A stretch of DNA of 50,913 nucleotides from a virus (IMGVR_UViG_3300049048_000060:1-50913), one strand, 5' to 3'; positions 35,769 to 43,853 are shown, counted from the stretch's first letter. Notes: generated from the letters alone by a model not told the origin. Made by a program: numbers and translations.

Positions 35769-36067
35769 CTGAAGAGCGCATCCACGTCTTCATAGCAGTC
35801 AACGATCACGACGACCTGGCCGGCATCGCGCATCCGCTTGTGCTCCCTGGCCTGTGCTCGCTCCCGCGCGTCGCACGGGAACTTGGCCTTGCCACCTGGG
35901 CGCTTGACTTCGATCCAGATGGTAGCTGGCTGCCACCGGTACGCAGGTCGTCGCATCAAGACGCGATCCGGGGCCGCGACTCGGTTGCCCCACTTGACCT
36001 TACGAACCTCGGCGCCCGCGATCTTGGCGCGGTCTACGAGATAGGCTTCAACGGTGGATTCTTTCAT
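35765..36067 (-). CDS. VRR-NUC domain nuclease
   Basis: E..VE, PDR, IEVKRPGG and Q...H motifs. Likely start MKES at 36067. Confidence 0.85.
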   Translation of the reverse strand: MKESTVEAYLVDRAKIAGAEVRKVKWGNRVAAPDRVLMRRPAYRWQPATIWIEVKRPGGKAKFPCDARERAQAREHKRMRDAGQVVVIVDCYEDVDALFR

Positions 36068-36159
36068 TCCTTGAACCACATCCAAATGAAAAACACGATC
36101 ACCAAGATCCACCAGCTTGCGTAGTTGATGATCGATTTTATGGATTCAACGTCGCACAT
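36064..36159 (-). CDS. 31-aa membrane peptide (not in ORF track)
   Basis: MCDVESIKSIINYASWWILVIVFFIWMWFKE exactly fills the gap between pol and VRR-NUC, with an ATGA overlap. Confidence 0.45.
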   Translation of the reverse strand: MCDVESIKSIINYASWWILVIVFFIWMWFKE

Positions 36160-36160
36160 A

Positions 36161-38227
36161 TCAATCCTTTCTGTATCTGTAAGATTCAAAACCGGCGGCC
36201 GCCAACGGCAGACCAACAGCCCAGTCGGGGTTCGTGGCCAGTAGTTCGGCCAGCCCTTCGCAGGAATAGTCTTCCGTGTCCGGTGCTTCCGTCACTGCTT
36301 CATCGTGTACCGGGATCACAGGCAAGTACCCGTGCTCCTCGGCCAACAACTCTCCGTGCTTGAACACGTCACGGGCCAGGGCCTGCGTGATGTTCTCGGC
36401 GAGCTTCCCGCCGTGGGTATGAATCCGGCTCCACTGCTTCGTGTACTGGTTCATGCCCATGTAACTGATGCCGCCCTTCTCGTCGACCTGCGGCGCAGGG
36501 TACGGCAGCACACGGCCGGACGGTAAGCCAAGGCGGAACCAGTTCCCGTCACGGCGGAACGTGAAGTTCCGGTAGCGGTATGTCTCGCCTGGGTGCTTGA
36601 TCGCGGCGATGGTGTTCTCCTGCAGCGCGGCCCACAGCTTCGTCGTCATCGGGTGCGCTTCGCGCCACAGACGCTTGAAGCTGTCACACATGATGAAGGT
36701 CTCGCGCTTCAGGCCAAAGGCGGTAGACTTCTTCTTGTTGACTAGCCAGTCGTGGAACGAAGCCGCTTCCTTGACGGTATCGCGAGGCAAAGTATCGTAC
36801 ACGATATCGGCCAGGGCGTCAAGGTCGATCCCGTACGCGAGAGCGAAGGCCACGAACGCGCCTACGCCACCCTCGTACCCGAGAGCAAGCTCCTGGACCT
36901 TACCGATCTGCCGTTGTGACTTGTTGACCGTGGTCACGTCGACGCTGAAGGACTTGGCGTACGTGAGGTTGTAAAGGTCGTGTCCAGTACCGGCATCGTA
37001 GTCGCGGAACGCTTGCAGCTTCCACTCCTCGCCCGCCTCCCAGGCCAGGAGACGGCCTTCGATGTTGGACAAGTCAGACACTGTGAGCTTCTTCCCTTCG
37101 GGCGCGATGATCGCACCCCGAATCGTGGACGCCGTCAGGAGCATTACGTTGTCGAAGGCTAGATGCTCGACGCCTGCCATGATGGCGGATATCCCGGACT
37201 CGACCTGCCCGTTCGGCAACAGGCCGCGCGAGGGGAGGTTCTGTGGCTGAAAGGTGCGGCCTGCGTCACGTCCGGTACGCTGGGCACCGCAGAACTGGAT
37301 CGTTCCCCGGAGCCGGCCGTCAAGATTTACGCCTCGGTCCAGTGCTCGGTACTTCGAGGTGCTGCTGGTGGATACCTGCAACCGAATCCGCAACAGCTCC
37401 TTGATCTCTTCCGGGATGTCTGGGTCCTTGAGGCGCAGCTCCAGCGTCGAGGACTGCAGGTCCGGCAAGGAGACGCCGAACTGTTCGAGAATGAACTCCA
37501 GCATCGCGGCACGCTGCGTCGTGCTCATAAGCTCGCCATCGGTGGCGAGGATGGTCTCGGTCTTCAGGCGTTTCTGTTCCGCGTCTACGGCTCTCAAACA
37601 CTGCTTAACGAGGTCGAGATCGACTAGCATACCGCGGTCGTTGCGACGTTGGTCCAGGAGGTAGTAAGCCCGTTCGGTGGCGGTCATGTTCCAGCGGGGA
37701 AGGATCTCGTCCAGGCGCTGCACTGGCGGGATATCCTGGCGCGCGTACTCGATGAACGCGGCCCACTCTACAGGGTGCGTGTCCTTAGTGGCTCGCCGGA
37801 TCTTGGAGTTCTTCGGCATGGGTTTGCAAAAAAGCTGGATCAGGCGCTTGCCGTCTTTGTCCTTCGCGTCGACGCCGAGCTTGAAGATTTCTGACAGCTT
37901 GTCAAGCCCGCCGGGGAGTCCGTGCTGCAGGGCGCGCACCATGAGGCAGTGCCAGGCGTCCATTGGCGTGTCGATGTTGAGCGCGTAACGCACCACGTTA
38001 CGGTCGAACATGGCGTTGTGTGCCTTGATATCGACACCGCCAAGGGTAAGCGCCTGGCGTACGTCCTTCGGCAAGACCTGTCCGTCGGTGAAGTCGACCA
38101 CCGTAGGCGCGTCCTTGTCAAAGGAGAACTGCGCCAGCATACACTCGGCGTTCTCCAGGTACTTGTAGGTCCCGTGCTTGATCGGGACTTCCGAGTACGT
38201 TTCGGTATCGAAGTAAAGGGATGTCAT
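36161..38227 (-). CDS. polA: DNA polymerase, family A, with 3'-5' exonuclease
   Basis: ExoI DTET, ExoII HNAMFD, motif A SDLSNIEGR, motif B RQIGKVQELALGY and motif C VHDE. Confidence 0.95.
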   Translation of the reverse strand: MTSLYFDTETYSEVPIKHGTYKYLENAECMLAQFSFDKDAPTVVDFTDGQVLPKDVRQALTLGGVDIKAHNAMFDRNVVRYALNIDTPMDAWHCLMVRALQHGLPGGLDKLSEIFKLGVDAKDKDGKRLIQLFCKPMPKNSKIRRATKDTHPVEWAAFIEYARQDIPPVQRLDEILPRWNMTATERAYYLLDQRRNDRGMLVDLDLVKQCLRAVDAEQKRLKTETILATDGELMSTTQRAAMLEFILEQFGVSLPDLQSSTLELRLKDPDIPEEIKELLRIRLQVSTSSTSKYRALDRGVNLDGRLRGTIQFCGAQRTGRDAGRTFQPQNLPSRGLLPNGQVESGISAIMAGVEHLAFDNVMLLTASTIRGAIIAPEGKKLTVSDLSNIEGRLLAWEAGEEWKLQAFRDYDAGTGHDLYNLTYAKSFSVDVTTVNKSQRQIGKVQELALGYEGGVGAFVAFALAYGIDLDALADIVYDTLPRDTVKEAASFHDWLVNKKKSTAFGLKRETFIMCDSFKRLWREAHPMTTKLWAALQENTIAAIKHPGETYRYRNFTFRRDGNWFRLGLPSGRVLPYPAPQVDEKGGISYMGMNQYTKQWSRIHTHGGKLAENITQALARDVFKHGELLAEEHGYLPVIPVHDEAVTEAPDTEDYSCEGLAELLATNPDWAVGLPLAAAGFESYRYRKD

Positions 38228-38643
38228 TTGGTTTTAGGTATCACTACGGCGCCTTCGAACCACGGCACGACCCGCAAAGGGAAACCAAACGCGCTCGGAT
38301 GACGGATGTCGACAACGGAGTTGATCGATAGCTGTGGGGTGTTCCCTACGACAAGCTCACGGAAATAGTCGTTCCCGATGACGATCATCTCGACATCGAT
38401 ATCTCGCATCCGGGTGTGGTGTAGCTGAGTGAGGATAAACTTCTCAAGCCCCGCGACTTCTATTCGCAAGACTTTGTACTCGCAAGTCGTCTGCTTTTCG
38501 TCGACACACCCTAGCTTGGAAAGGATGTCTAGCAGAATCCGCTGAAGCCACAGGACTTTCCCCGAGGGGGTAAGTCGCGTGTCGTACGGTCTTAGCGCCG
38601 AGCGGGTTCTCTCGGCAATTTGCAGGAACTGAATCCGTTGCAT
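38224..38643 (-). CDS. Hypothetical protein
   Basis: Likely start at ATG 38643 behind SD CAGGAG. ATGA overlap with pol. Confidence 0.6.
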   Translation of the reverse strand: MQRIQFLQIAERTRSALRPYDTRLTPSGKVLWLQRILLDILSKLGCVDEKQTTCEYKVLRIEVAGLEKFILTQLHHTRMRDIDVEMIVIGNDYFRELVVGNTPQLSINSVVDIRHPSAFGFPLRVVPWFEGAVVIPKTK

Positions 38644-38947
38644 GATAATCTCCTGGGTGAAAACAGCGTGAACAAGTAAACAACCTGCGTTCAGGATGCT
38701 TACTTGTTCACGCGACGTGAACAAGGGCTCTGCCATAATTCCAGTGTATATGTCCGTCACCAGACCCCGACACCGGGTTCGACCATCAAGAGTCGCGTGT
38801 AGAATACCCCTACCTTTGCGGCGGGGAGAGGGGCACGACTCGACAGCATTACAGCCTTTCTTGGACCAGCCAGAGGTCCATCTACCGTGCTCGGTAAGCG
38901 AGCCCTGTGGGGCGGAGTTTGCGGGGTCTCCTCTTTCTTCGTGTACT
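38644..38947 (-). ncRNA. Putative structured non-coding RNA block A
   Basis: Closing stem AGACCCCG/CGGGGTCT, several internal hairpins and a 17-bp stem at 38666-38713. No convincing CDS. Confidence 0.5.
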
Positions 38948-39514
38948 TTAGATCAGGTCTTCACCTGAAGCGGAACCACCAGCGTCAGCGTCTGCGCCAT
39001 CCGACAGATCGTCGAAGTCGTCAGCCTTCGCAGGACGGCCAGCCGTGAAGGCGTCGCCGTCAGACGAGAACTGCAGACCTTGGAGCGAGCAGTTGACTTG
39101 GTTACCGTACTTACTGTAGGCGAACACATCGACGATCGCGTTGACGTAGCAGCCGTTGTAGGGCTTGCCGTCTTCCGCTACCAGAGGCGAGCGGTCCTTG
39201 TCGACAATCGTGGGGCGGGCCTTGTTGGTCGCGGTCAGCGCCATCATGCCTTCGAAGCCATCGTAGTCCTTGAGATCACCATCGCGCAGGCAGATGTTGT
39301 CGCCTGCCTTCGCAGCGGCCAGGGTCTTCTCGGCCTTGTCCTTCCAGAAGTCGGAAGCGACCTGCTTGATAGCGGCACTGATCTGCTTGTGGGCTTCGCT
39401 GTTCTTGGGGATCAGAAGAGTGGCGCGGAACTTGAAGTTACCATCGCCTTGAAAATCGCTGGGGGTGAAGATGTCGCCAAAGGCCAGTCGTACGTTCTTG
39501 AGTTTGACTTCCAT
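38948..39514 (-). CDS. ssDNA-binding protein (DUF2815 / APSE-type)
   Basis: VRLAF, LRDGD, Y.GCYVNA and LQGLQF..DGDAF motifs with an acidic tail. Start MEVK at 39514 with SD AAGGA. Confidence 0.85.
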   Translation of the reverse strand: MEVKLKNVRLAFGDIFTPSDFQGDGNFKFRATLLIPKNSEAHKQISAAIKQVASDFWKDKAEKTLAAAKAGDNICLRDGDLKDYDGFEGMMALTATNKARPTIVDKDRSPLVAEDGKPYNGCYVNAIVDVFAYSKYGNQVNCSLQGLQFSSDGDAFTAGRPAKADDFDDLSDGADADAGGSASGEDLI

Positions 39515-39559
39515 TTTGAGTTTCCTTTTCGGTTTCGGTTTGAGTTTAGAAAAACAGTG

Positions 39560-39895
39560 ACGCGCTAAATCTATATCGGCAGACTCGCACTTAGTCAACG
39601 AGCCGTTATAAGCAAGACACTTAGCGTTGTCTTGAGGACTGCCTTATTCACTGCGCCACACGAACAGCGGCTGTTTGCTCCCTCTAGTAATTTAGGCTGC
39701 AAAGCCTAGACCTGTCGGGCAACCACTGTTCGTGTGGCCCCTGTTGCCAGGGACTGCACGGGCGTTCACTGCTTGCTAGAGATTACCACATCCCTCTTTA
39801 CCGCGTAGCAGCTTGCGGGGCTTCGCTATCCGGATTACTAAGCCATTCGTCGCCCTGACAGGCGCCGGATCGAATAAGAGAACAGCATACCACAA
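39560..39895. ncRNA. Putative structured non-coding RNA block B
   Basis: Perfect 13-bp inverted repeat GCCACACGAACAG/CTGTTCGTGTGGC plus multiple tetraloop hairpins. No ORF in the track covers it. Confidence 0.5.
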
Positions 39896-41143
39896 TCAGT
39901 CGAAGTCGTCAAACGAAACCGGCTTGATCTCAATAGCGGGGCGCTTGTCCGTTACCGGAGCGACGCTAGGCTGACCTTCACGCTGTACGATGTACGCCTG
40001 GAGACGTTGCCAACGCTTCGGTGTTTCCTTCAGCACCTTCTCGGCCGTGGTAGGCGAGATCAGTTTCATGTCGTACATCTCTTCGACCTTGAGGCGCATC
40101 GACTTCAGCACGCCCTCGACCTCGTCAGCGTTGTTCCACTGACGCGCGCCACGTTTGCCTTCGACCAGCTTGAAGCCCTCGACCTCGACACCGGAGAGGA
40201 GATTGCGCTCGACGGCCGCGCGGACTTGCTTGCACCAGTCCTCAACCATCTCTACCGCTTTCATCTTCTCGCCCAGGGTCAGCGCATCGTTGTTCGCGAC
40301 ATCGGCTACGACTTCCTTGGTGAGGTCTTCGAACTGGACACCAACTTGCGCCTGCACCCAGTCGTCTTGCTCCTTGCATTGTCCGGCAGCGCGGCACCAT
40401 CGGCATTGCTTCTTGCCAGGAATGGCGACCGGGTTGGGGAGCTGTGTTCGCGAAGCGCGCTCCGTTAGAAACTTGCTCCACCCCTCGGTCTCGGCCATCG
40501 TGTAGACCGCCTCACCAACGTACTGCTTACGCGGCTGACTGATGATGGTCCGAAGCGTGTCGAAGTCCTGCACCATGCCGAACTTACGGAGAGCGCCCAG
40601 GCCGTACATGATAAGCTGTTCGTTATCCTGTGCGTCGACTGGTTCGCCCGCGCCATACTTGAGATCGATCACGATAAGCTCGGACGGAGTCACGATCACC
40701 GTGTCGCTAGTACCGGTGGCGCCTTCTTCGCCCGTGATATGGTCGATCGGTAGGCGCTGCTCCACGAACAGCGTGCCGTTCGTCGACTTCACTAGATCTC
40801 GCACCAGGTCCGTGTACTTCTTGACCTCGTCTGCCATCTCGTCGTCGACTTCGTACTCTGTTCGTAGATCACACTGCTCCATTACATCTGGGCTGGCGTC
40901 TTCGATAAACTTCTGGAACTCCGAATCGGATTCCGGGTGTACGAATAAGCCGATGGTCAAGCCCAGATGATCGTGCGGCTCGGTTCCGTTCTCGAGACAG
41001 TGAGACGCCAGGAAGTGAGCAGCGGTACCTTCGTCCGCGTACTTGCTACCGGAGTCTGCAATGCCTTCCGAACGCTGTACCGAGGCTGGGCAACGCGACC
41101 AGCGAGACGCCCCTGACGGGCTAAGTTTCGCGTGGCCGGCCAT
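39896..41143 (-). CDS. DUF2800 PD-(D/E)xK Cas4-like exonuclease
   Basis: HAKLSPS..RW..CP.S, EGT.AH, GT.D, IDLKYG.G, QL..YG and C.WC.A...C motifs. Confidence 0.9.
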   Translation of the reverse strand: MAGHAKLSPSGASRWSRCPASVQRSEGIADSGSKYADEGTAAHFLASHCLENGTEPHDHLGLTIGLFVHPESDSEFQKFIEDASPDVMEQCDLRTEYEVDDEMADEVKKYTDLVRDLVKSTNGTLFVEQRLPIDHITGEEGATGTSDTVIVTPSELIVIDLKYGAGEPVDAQDNEQLIMYGLGALRKFGMVQDFDTLRTIISQPRKQYVGEAVYTMAETEGWSKFLTERASRTQLPNPVAIPGKKQCRWCRAAGQCKEQDDWVQAQVGVQFEDLTKEVVADVANNDALTLGEKMKAVEMVEDWCKQVRAAVERNLLSGVEVEGFKLVEGKRGARQWNNADEVEGVLKSMRLKVEEMYDMKLISPTTAEKVLKETPKRWQRLQAYIVQREGQPSVAPVTDKRPAIEIKPVSFDDFD

Positions 41144-41580
41144 TATTCGTTCTCGAGAGCAACGAACTTGTCATACAGCTCTTGCCACTTGTCCTGGGCA
41201 ACACCTGACAACTTGCCCTTGGTAGGCTTGTAGGACTGCATGAGCGCGATCGCGGCCTGGTCCTTACCGTCAAGCGCACACAGGGCCAGGAACTTGATAC
41301 GGAGAACGTCGAACGCTTCCGTGGTCTTGCCGTTAGCAAGCAAGTCTTCGATCGTGTCAGGGGCGGCCGGTGGCGGGGTGCCGACTTCGGGCTCCTCTGC
41401 CGGCTTGCCGTTGACGACGGGCTTCTCTTCCTCTGCCGGCTTGTCCTTCTTCGGCTTGTCCACTTTAGGTGGCGGTGCGGAGTTTTCGCGGTCAGGGATA
41501 CTAGCCTGGGAGATGACGGCAGTGAGTTCCTTCACCGCTGCCGTCAACTCCGAGATCTTATCTTCGATACTCATGTTCAT
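41143..41580 (-). CDS. Hypothetical protein (N-terminal coiled coil, Pro/Glu linker)
   Basis: Typical gene upstream of DUF2800, with a TAATG overlap. Confidence 0.7.
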   Translation of the reverse strand: MNMSIEDKISELTAAVKELTAVISQASIPDRENSAPPPKVDKPKKDKPAEEEKPVVNGKPAEEPEVGTPPPAAPDTIEDLLANGKTTEAFDVLRIKFLALCALDGKDQAAIALMQSYKPTKGKLSGVAQDKWQELYDKFVALENE

Positions 41581-41804
41581 GCCTTTCTGTCTGTAGAGAC
41601 GATCAGTTGATGCTTGTGGTCGTTGCGGCGAACCCGAAGGTGAACACCGTTGGGTGTCGCCGCTTGGACGCGCAGGAAAAACAGCTCCGCGCGAAGCTGG
41701 TCAGGCGTCATGTCCGTGATCCGCGAAGCGCGGCCATAGATACGGTGCCAAACGTAGGGGTGTGGGCGTGGCGCCCGCGTGATCTCGAAGCCGAAGATTC
41801 TCAT
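41577..41804 (-). CDS. Hypothetical protein
   Basis: ATGA overlaps on both sides. Confidence 0.6.
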   Translation of the reverse strand: MRIFGFEITRAPRPHPYVWHRIYGRASRITDMTPDQLRAELFFLRVQAATPNGVHLRVRRNDHKHQLIVSTDRKA

Positions 41805-42118
41805 GCTGTCGCGCTCCCGTGTACCCGACGTGCGGTCTCGCGGGTGCTCCAGTGAGGCGTGTACTTGCTACGGCCTTCGGTGTTCTTGTGGCGGAAGACC
41901 GGAGTTTCCTTGACACCGAGAGGTCCGTGCTCGCGGTGCGTTCCTACGTGACGCCAGTTATGGTTGAGCTCGAAGCCCTTCTTGCCATGGCCTCGCGAAA
42001 CGTAGATCGGTAGCGCGGCAAGCTCGATGTTCTTCAGGCCCTGGTCGATCGGCTTCGCGAGGATAGCCTGGATCTTGTTGGCCAGGGTAATGCTACGGTA
42101 AAAAGGTTTGATCTGCAT
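41801..42118 (-). CDS. Hypothetical protein
   Basis: SD AGGAG, basic 105-aa protein. Confidence 0.65.
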   Translation of the reverse strand: MQIKPFYRSITLANKIQAILAKPIDQGLKNIELAALPIYVSRGHGKKGFELNHNWRHVGTHREHGPLGVKETPVFRHKNTEGRSKYTPHWSTRETARRVHGSATA

Positions 42119-42131
42119 GTTTTTCTCCTAG

Positions 42132-42156
42132 AAAAAGAGCGCCCCGAGGGGCGCTT
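42132..42156 (-). terminator. Rho-independent terminator
   Basis: Minus strand AGCGCCC-CTCG-GGGCGCT followed by CTTTTT. Confidence 0.75.
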
Positions 42157-42176
42157 AAAAGTTTACCCTTTAGGGG

Positions 42177-42329
42177 CTAAGAGGCAGCCTTGACTTCTTC
42201 AGCCGGCTTAACCTGATACTTTTCGATGAACGCCTTTGTAGCGGCGTCCTGCGGGTTGTGCTTCGCCAGGATCTCGGCGGCGCGAGCGTTCTTGTTGTTC
42301 AGTGAGACGATGGTTTCTAATCCGTACAT
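42177..42329 (-). CDS. 50-aa hypothetical protein (not in ORF track)
   Basis: SD AAGGA. MYGLETIVSLNNKNARAAEILAKH..., between the tRNA and the terminator. Confidence 0.6.
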   Translation of the reverse strand: MYGLETIVSLNNKNARAAEILAKHNPQDAATKAFIEKYQVKPAEEVKAAS

Positions 42330-42350
42330 GGTGTTTCCTTTTCTAAAAAG

Positions 42351-42426
42351 TGGTTGCAGGGAAGGGACTCGAACCCCTGGCCTTCGGATTATGAACCCGC
42401 TGCTCTGCCGACTGAGCTACCCTGCG
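42351..42426 (-). tRNA. tRNA with CAT anticodon, initiator (fMet)-like
   Basis: CGCAGGG-TA-GCTC/GAGC-GCGGG-TTCATAA-TCCGA-AGGCC-AGGGG-TTCGAGT-CCCTT-CCCTGCA-ACCA: 76 nt, C1:A72 mismatch, encoded CCA. Confidence 0.9.
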
Positions 42427-42535
42427 ATTGTCTGTTTCCGGCTCACCAAAATTCTGGGCTTGCCACAAGGCCGGATTCAGGGAAGACGTTTCATCGGGGA
42501 GCGACCCCTCCGGTCTTCCAAGATGAAAACGTGAA

Positions 42536-42697
42536 TCAGTATGCCACAGACACCGAGAAACTGTCAAGGTCATACTCGTGGTCGCGCACGTCACGGATCA
42601 CCTTCTCGGTGTCTGGATCGTGTTTCTCGGCTGCGAGAATCTCGGCGACATCCTGGCCAACTTCCTTGGCCAACTGCTGTACTTGGTGCTGGGTCAT
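42536..42697 (-). CDS. 53-aa acidic hypothetical protein (not in ORF track)
   Basis: First ORF after the promoter at 42735, with SD AGGAG. MTQHQVQQLAKEVGQDVAEILAAEK... Confidence 0.65.
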   Translation of the reverse strand: MTQHQVQQLAKEVGQDVAEILAAEKHDPDTEKVIRDVRDHEYDLDSFSVSVAY

Positions 42698-42734
42698 GGT
42701 CAAACTCCTGTGTAAAAATTAACGAGACAGGAAT

Positions 42735-42763
42735 AGGTTATAGCATCCGCTACACTATGTCAA
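42735..42763 (-). promoter_or_regulatory. Sigma70 promoter with operator in spacer (copy 1)
   Basis: TTGACA-tagTGTAGCggaTGCTA-TAACCT, 17-nt spacer. Confidence 0.85.
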
Positions 42764-42987
42764 CACATTTTTGCAACAAAATCTGCAATAGCCTTCCTGG
42801 TCCACTCGACGCCGTCACTCGTGACCACGTCCTCGACCCCGATAAGGACGACCTGACCAGGATCAGCACGCCCTGTCCGGCGCCACTGTGCCTGGAGATC
42901 GATCGCTCCCGTCACAGTCGGCGCATGGCCTTCGTATTTCGAAGCCGCGATCGCCCACTGCCTAAGAGTCCAGCCCAGGATCTTCAT
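42760..42987 (-). CDS. Hypothetical protein
   Basis: ATGA overlap. The stop codon lies within the next -35 box. Confidence 0.55.
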   Translation of the reverse strand: MKILGWTLRQWAIAASKYEGHAPTVTGAIDLQAQWRRTGRADPGQVVLIGVEDVVTSDGVEWTRKAIADFVAKMC

Positions 42988-43388
42988 GCTTTGTCCTCTG
43001 GCACAATCTTAAAGCCGTCCGGGACCAGCACGGGCACTTTGCCAGCGTCCGACTCGTCGCTCGGGTCGACGTGGCAGTTATTCGTAGTGCATACCTTCCA
43101 CAATGGGGCGGCGTCGATCATGTGCATACTGCGTGCGTCATCGATTGCCACGCGCGCCAAATGTAGCTTGTCTTGAAACAGGTTGTCGTTACGATCATTC
43201 CATGCGGAGACCTCGGCGTCTGTCGGAGTCCACCCGCTCGGCACAGCCTGTCGCTTCTCTGGCGATGGGGCGGCTTTCATAATCTCCGTGCAAAGCAAAG
43301 TAAGCTCTTCCTCGCCGAGATACATCTGAAAGCGCCTTAGCACCTGTGCCGCTGTATTCTTCATAGATTCAGTAATTTCTGTGTTCAT
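42984..43388 (-). CDS. Hypothetical protein
   Basis: SD GAGG, part of the tightly packed early operon. Confidence 0.6.
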   Translation of the reverse strand: MNTEITESMKNTAAQVLRRFQMYLGEEELTLLCTEIMKAAPSPEKRQAVPSGWTPTDAEVSAWNDRNDNLFQDKLHLARVAIDDARSMHMIDAAPLWKVCTTNNCHVDPSDESDAGKVPVLVPDGFKIVPEDKA

Positions 43389-43395
43389 AATTGCC

Positions 43396-43683
43396 TCACT
43401 TTAAGCAACAGTCGCCACCAAAGCATCCGCCTCGTTGTGGACAAGTTGGGGCAGCCTGGCGCTCGCTCGGCGCTACGGCTTCGTGGCGCTGGCGTTGTTC
43501 ATATTTAGAAATTAATGAAGAGTACTTTGTTGCCTGCAAGTAGCAATCGTAACTGTAGCTGTCAGCAGGCTCATAGTTCATGTATTCATCTGCTTGCGCC
43601 CATGATATTTGGGAATAAATCCACTCACATTGATCTTTCAATGCCGCAAGCAATTCATCTTCAATCAGTTCTTTGGTAATCAT
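43396..43683 (-). CDS. Hypothetical protein
   Basis: SD AAGGA, AT-rich codon usage. Confidence 0.6.
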   Translation of the reverse strand: MITKELIEDELLAALKDQCEWIYSQISWAQADEYMNYEPADSYSYDCYLQATKYSSLISKYEQRQRHEAVAPSERQAAPTCPQRGGCFGGDCCLK

Positions 43684-43686
43684 GGG

Positions 43687-43851
43687 TTAGTCCTTAACGT
43701 AATCTTCCGTGTAAAACCCGACCAATCCCTCGTTTAGTGTCGCGCTAGTCGGCTCTATTACAATCACAACATGCGGATTACAGTTATTATTCATCCACTC
43801 AATAACAGGCCGAGTGAGTTCTTCAAACTCTTTTCGTTGATTTTCGTTCAT
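43687..43851 (-). CDS. 54-aa hypothetical protein (not in ORF track)
   Basis: MNENQRKEFEELTRPVIEWMNNNCNPHVVIVIEPTSA... fills the gap exactly. Confidence 0.65.
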   Translation of the reverse strand: MNENQRKEFEELTRPVIEWMNNNCNPHVVIVIEPTSATLNEGLVGFYTEDYVKD

Positions 43852-43853
43852 CT

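Noticed and set aside
38890-38930. AACTCCGCC on the minus strand resembling a twister ribozyme 5' strand
   Set aside because: The complementary strand and the conserved downstream twister elements were not found.
39647-39773. TTCACTGC twice, and GTTCACTGC resembling the start of a type I-F CRISPR repeat (possible RNA anti-CRISPR)
   Set aside because: Only 8-9 nt match. The CTGCC/GGCAG hairpin and 3' end of the repeat are absent, and there is no repeat-spacer periodicity.
39896-41143. Cas4-like gene as evidence of a CRISPR-Cas system
   Set aside because: It is the standard DUF2800 replication-module nuclease next to SSB and PolA. There are no other cas genes and no array.
42351-42426. tRNA as an attP/integration site
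   Set aside because: No integrase and no duplicated tRNA 3' fragment in the window.
42430-42535. Hammerhead or theta/HDV ribozyme beside the tRNA
   Set aside because: There is no intact CUGANGA core with matching stems and no P4/J4-2 segment, and it lies 5' rather than 3' of the tRNA. Kept only as an unclassified structure.
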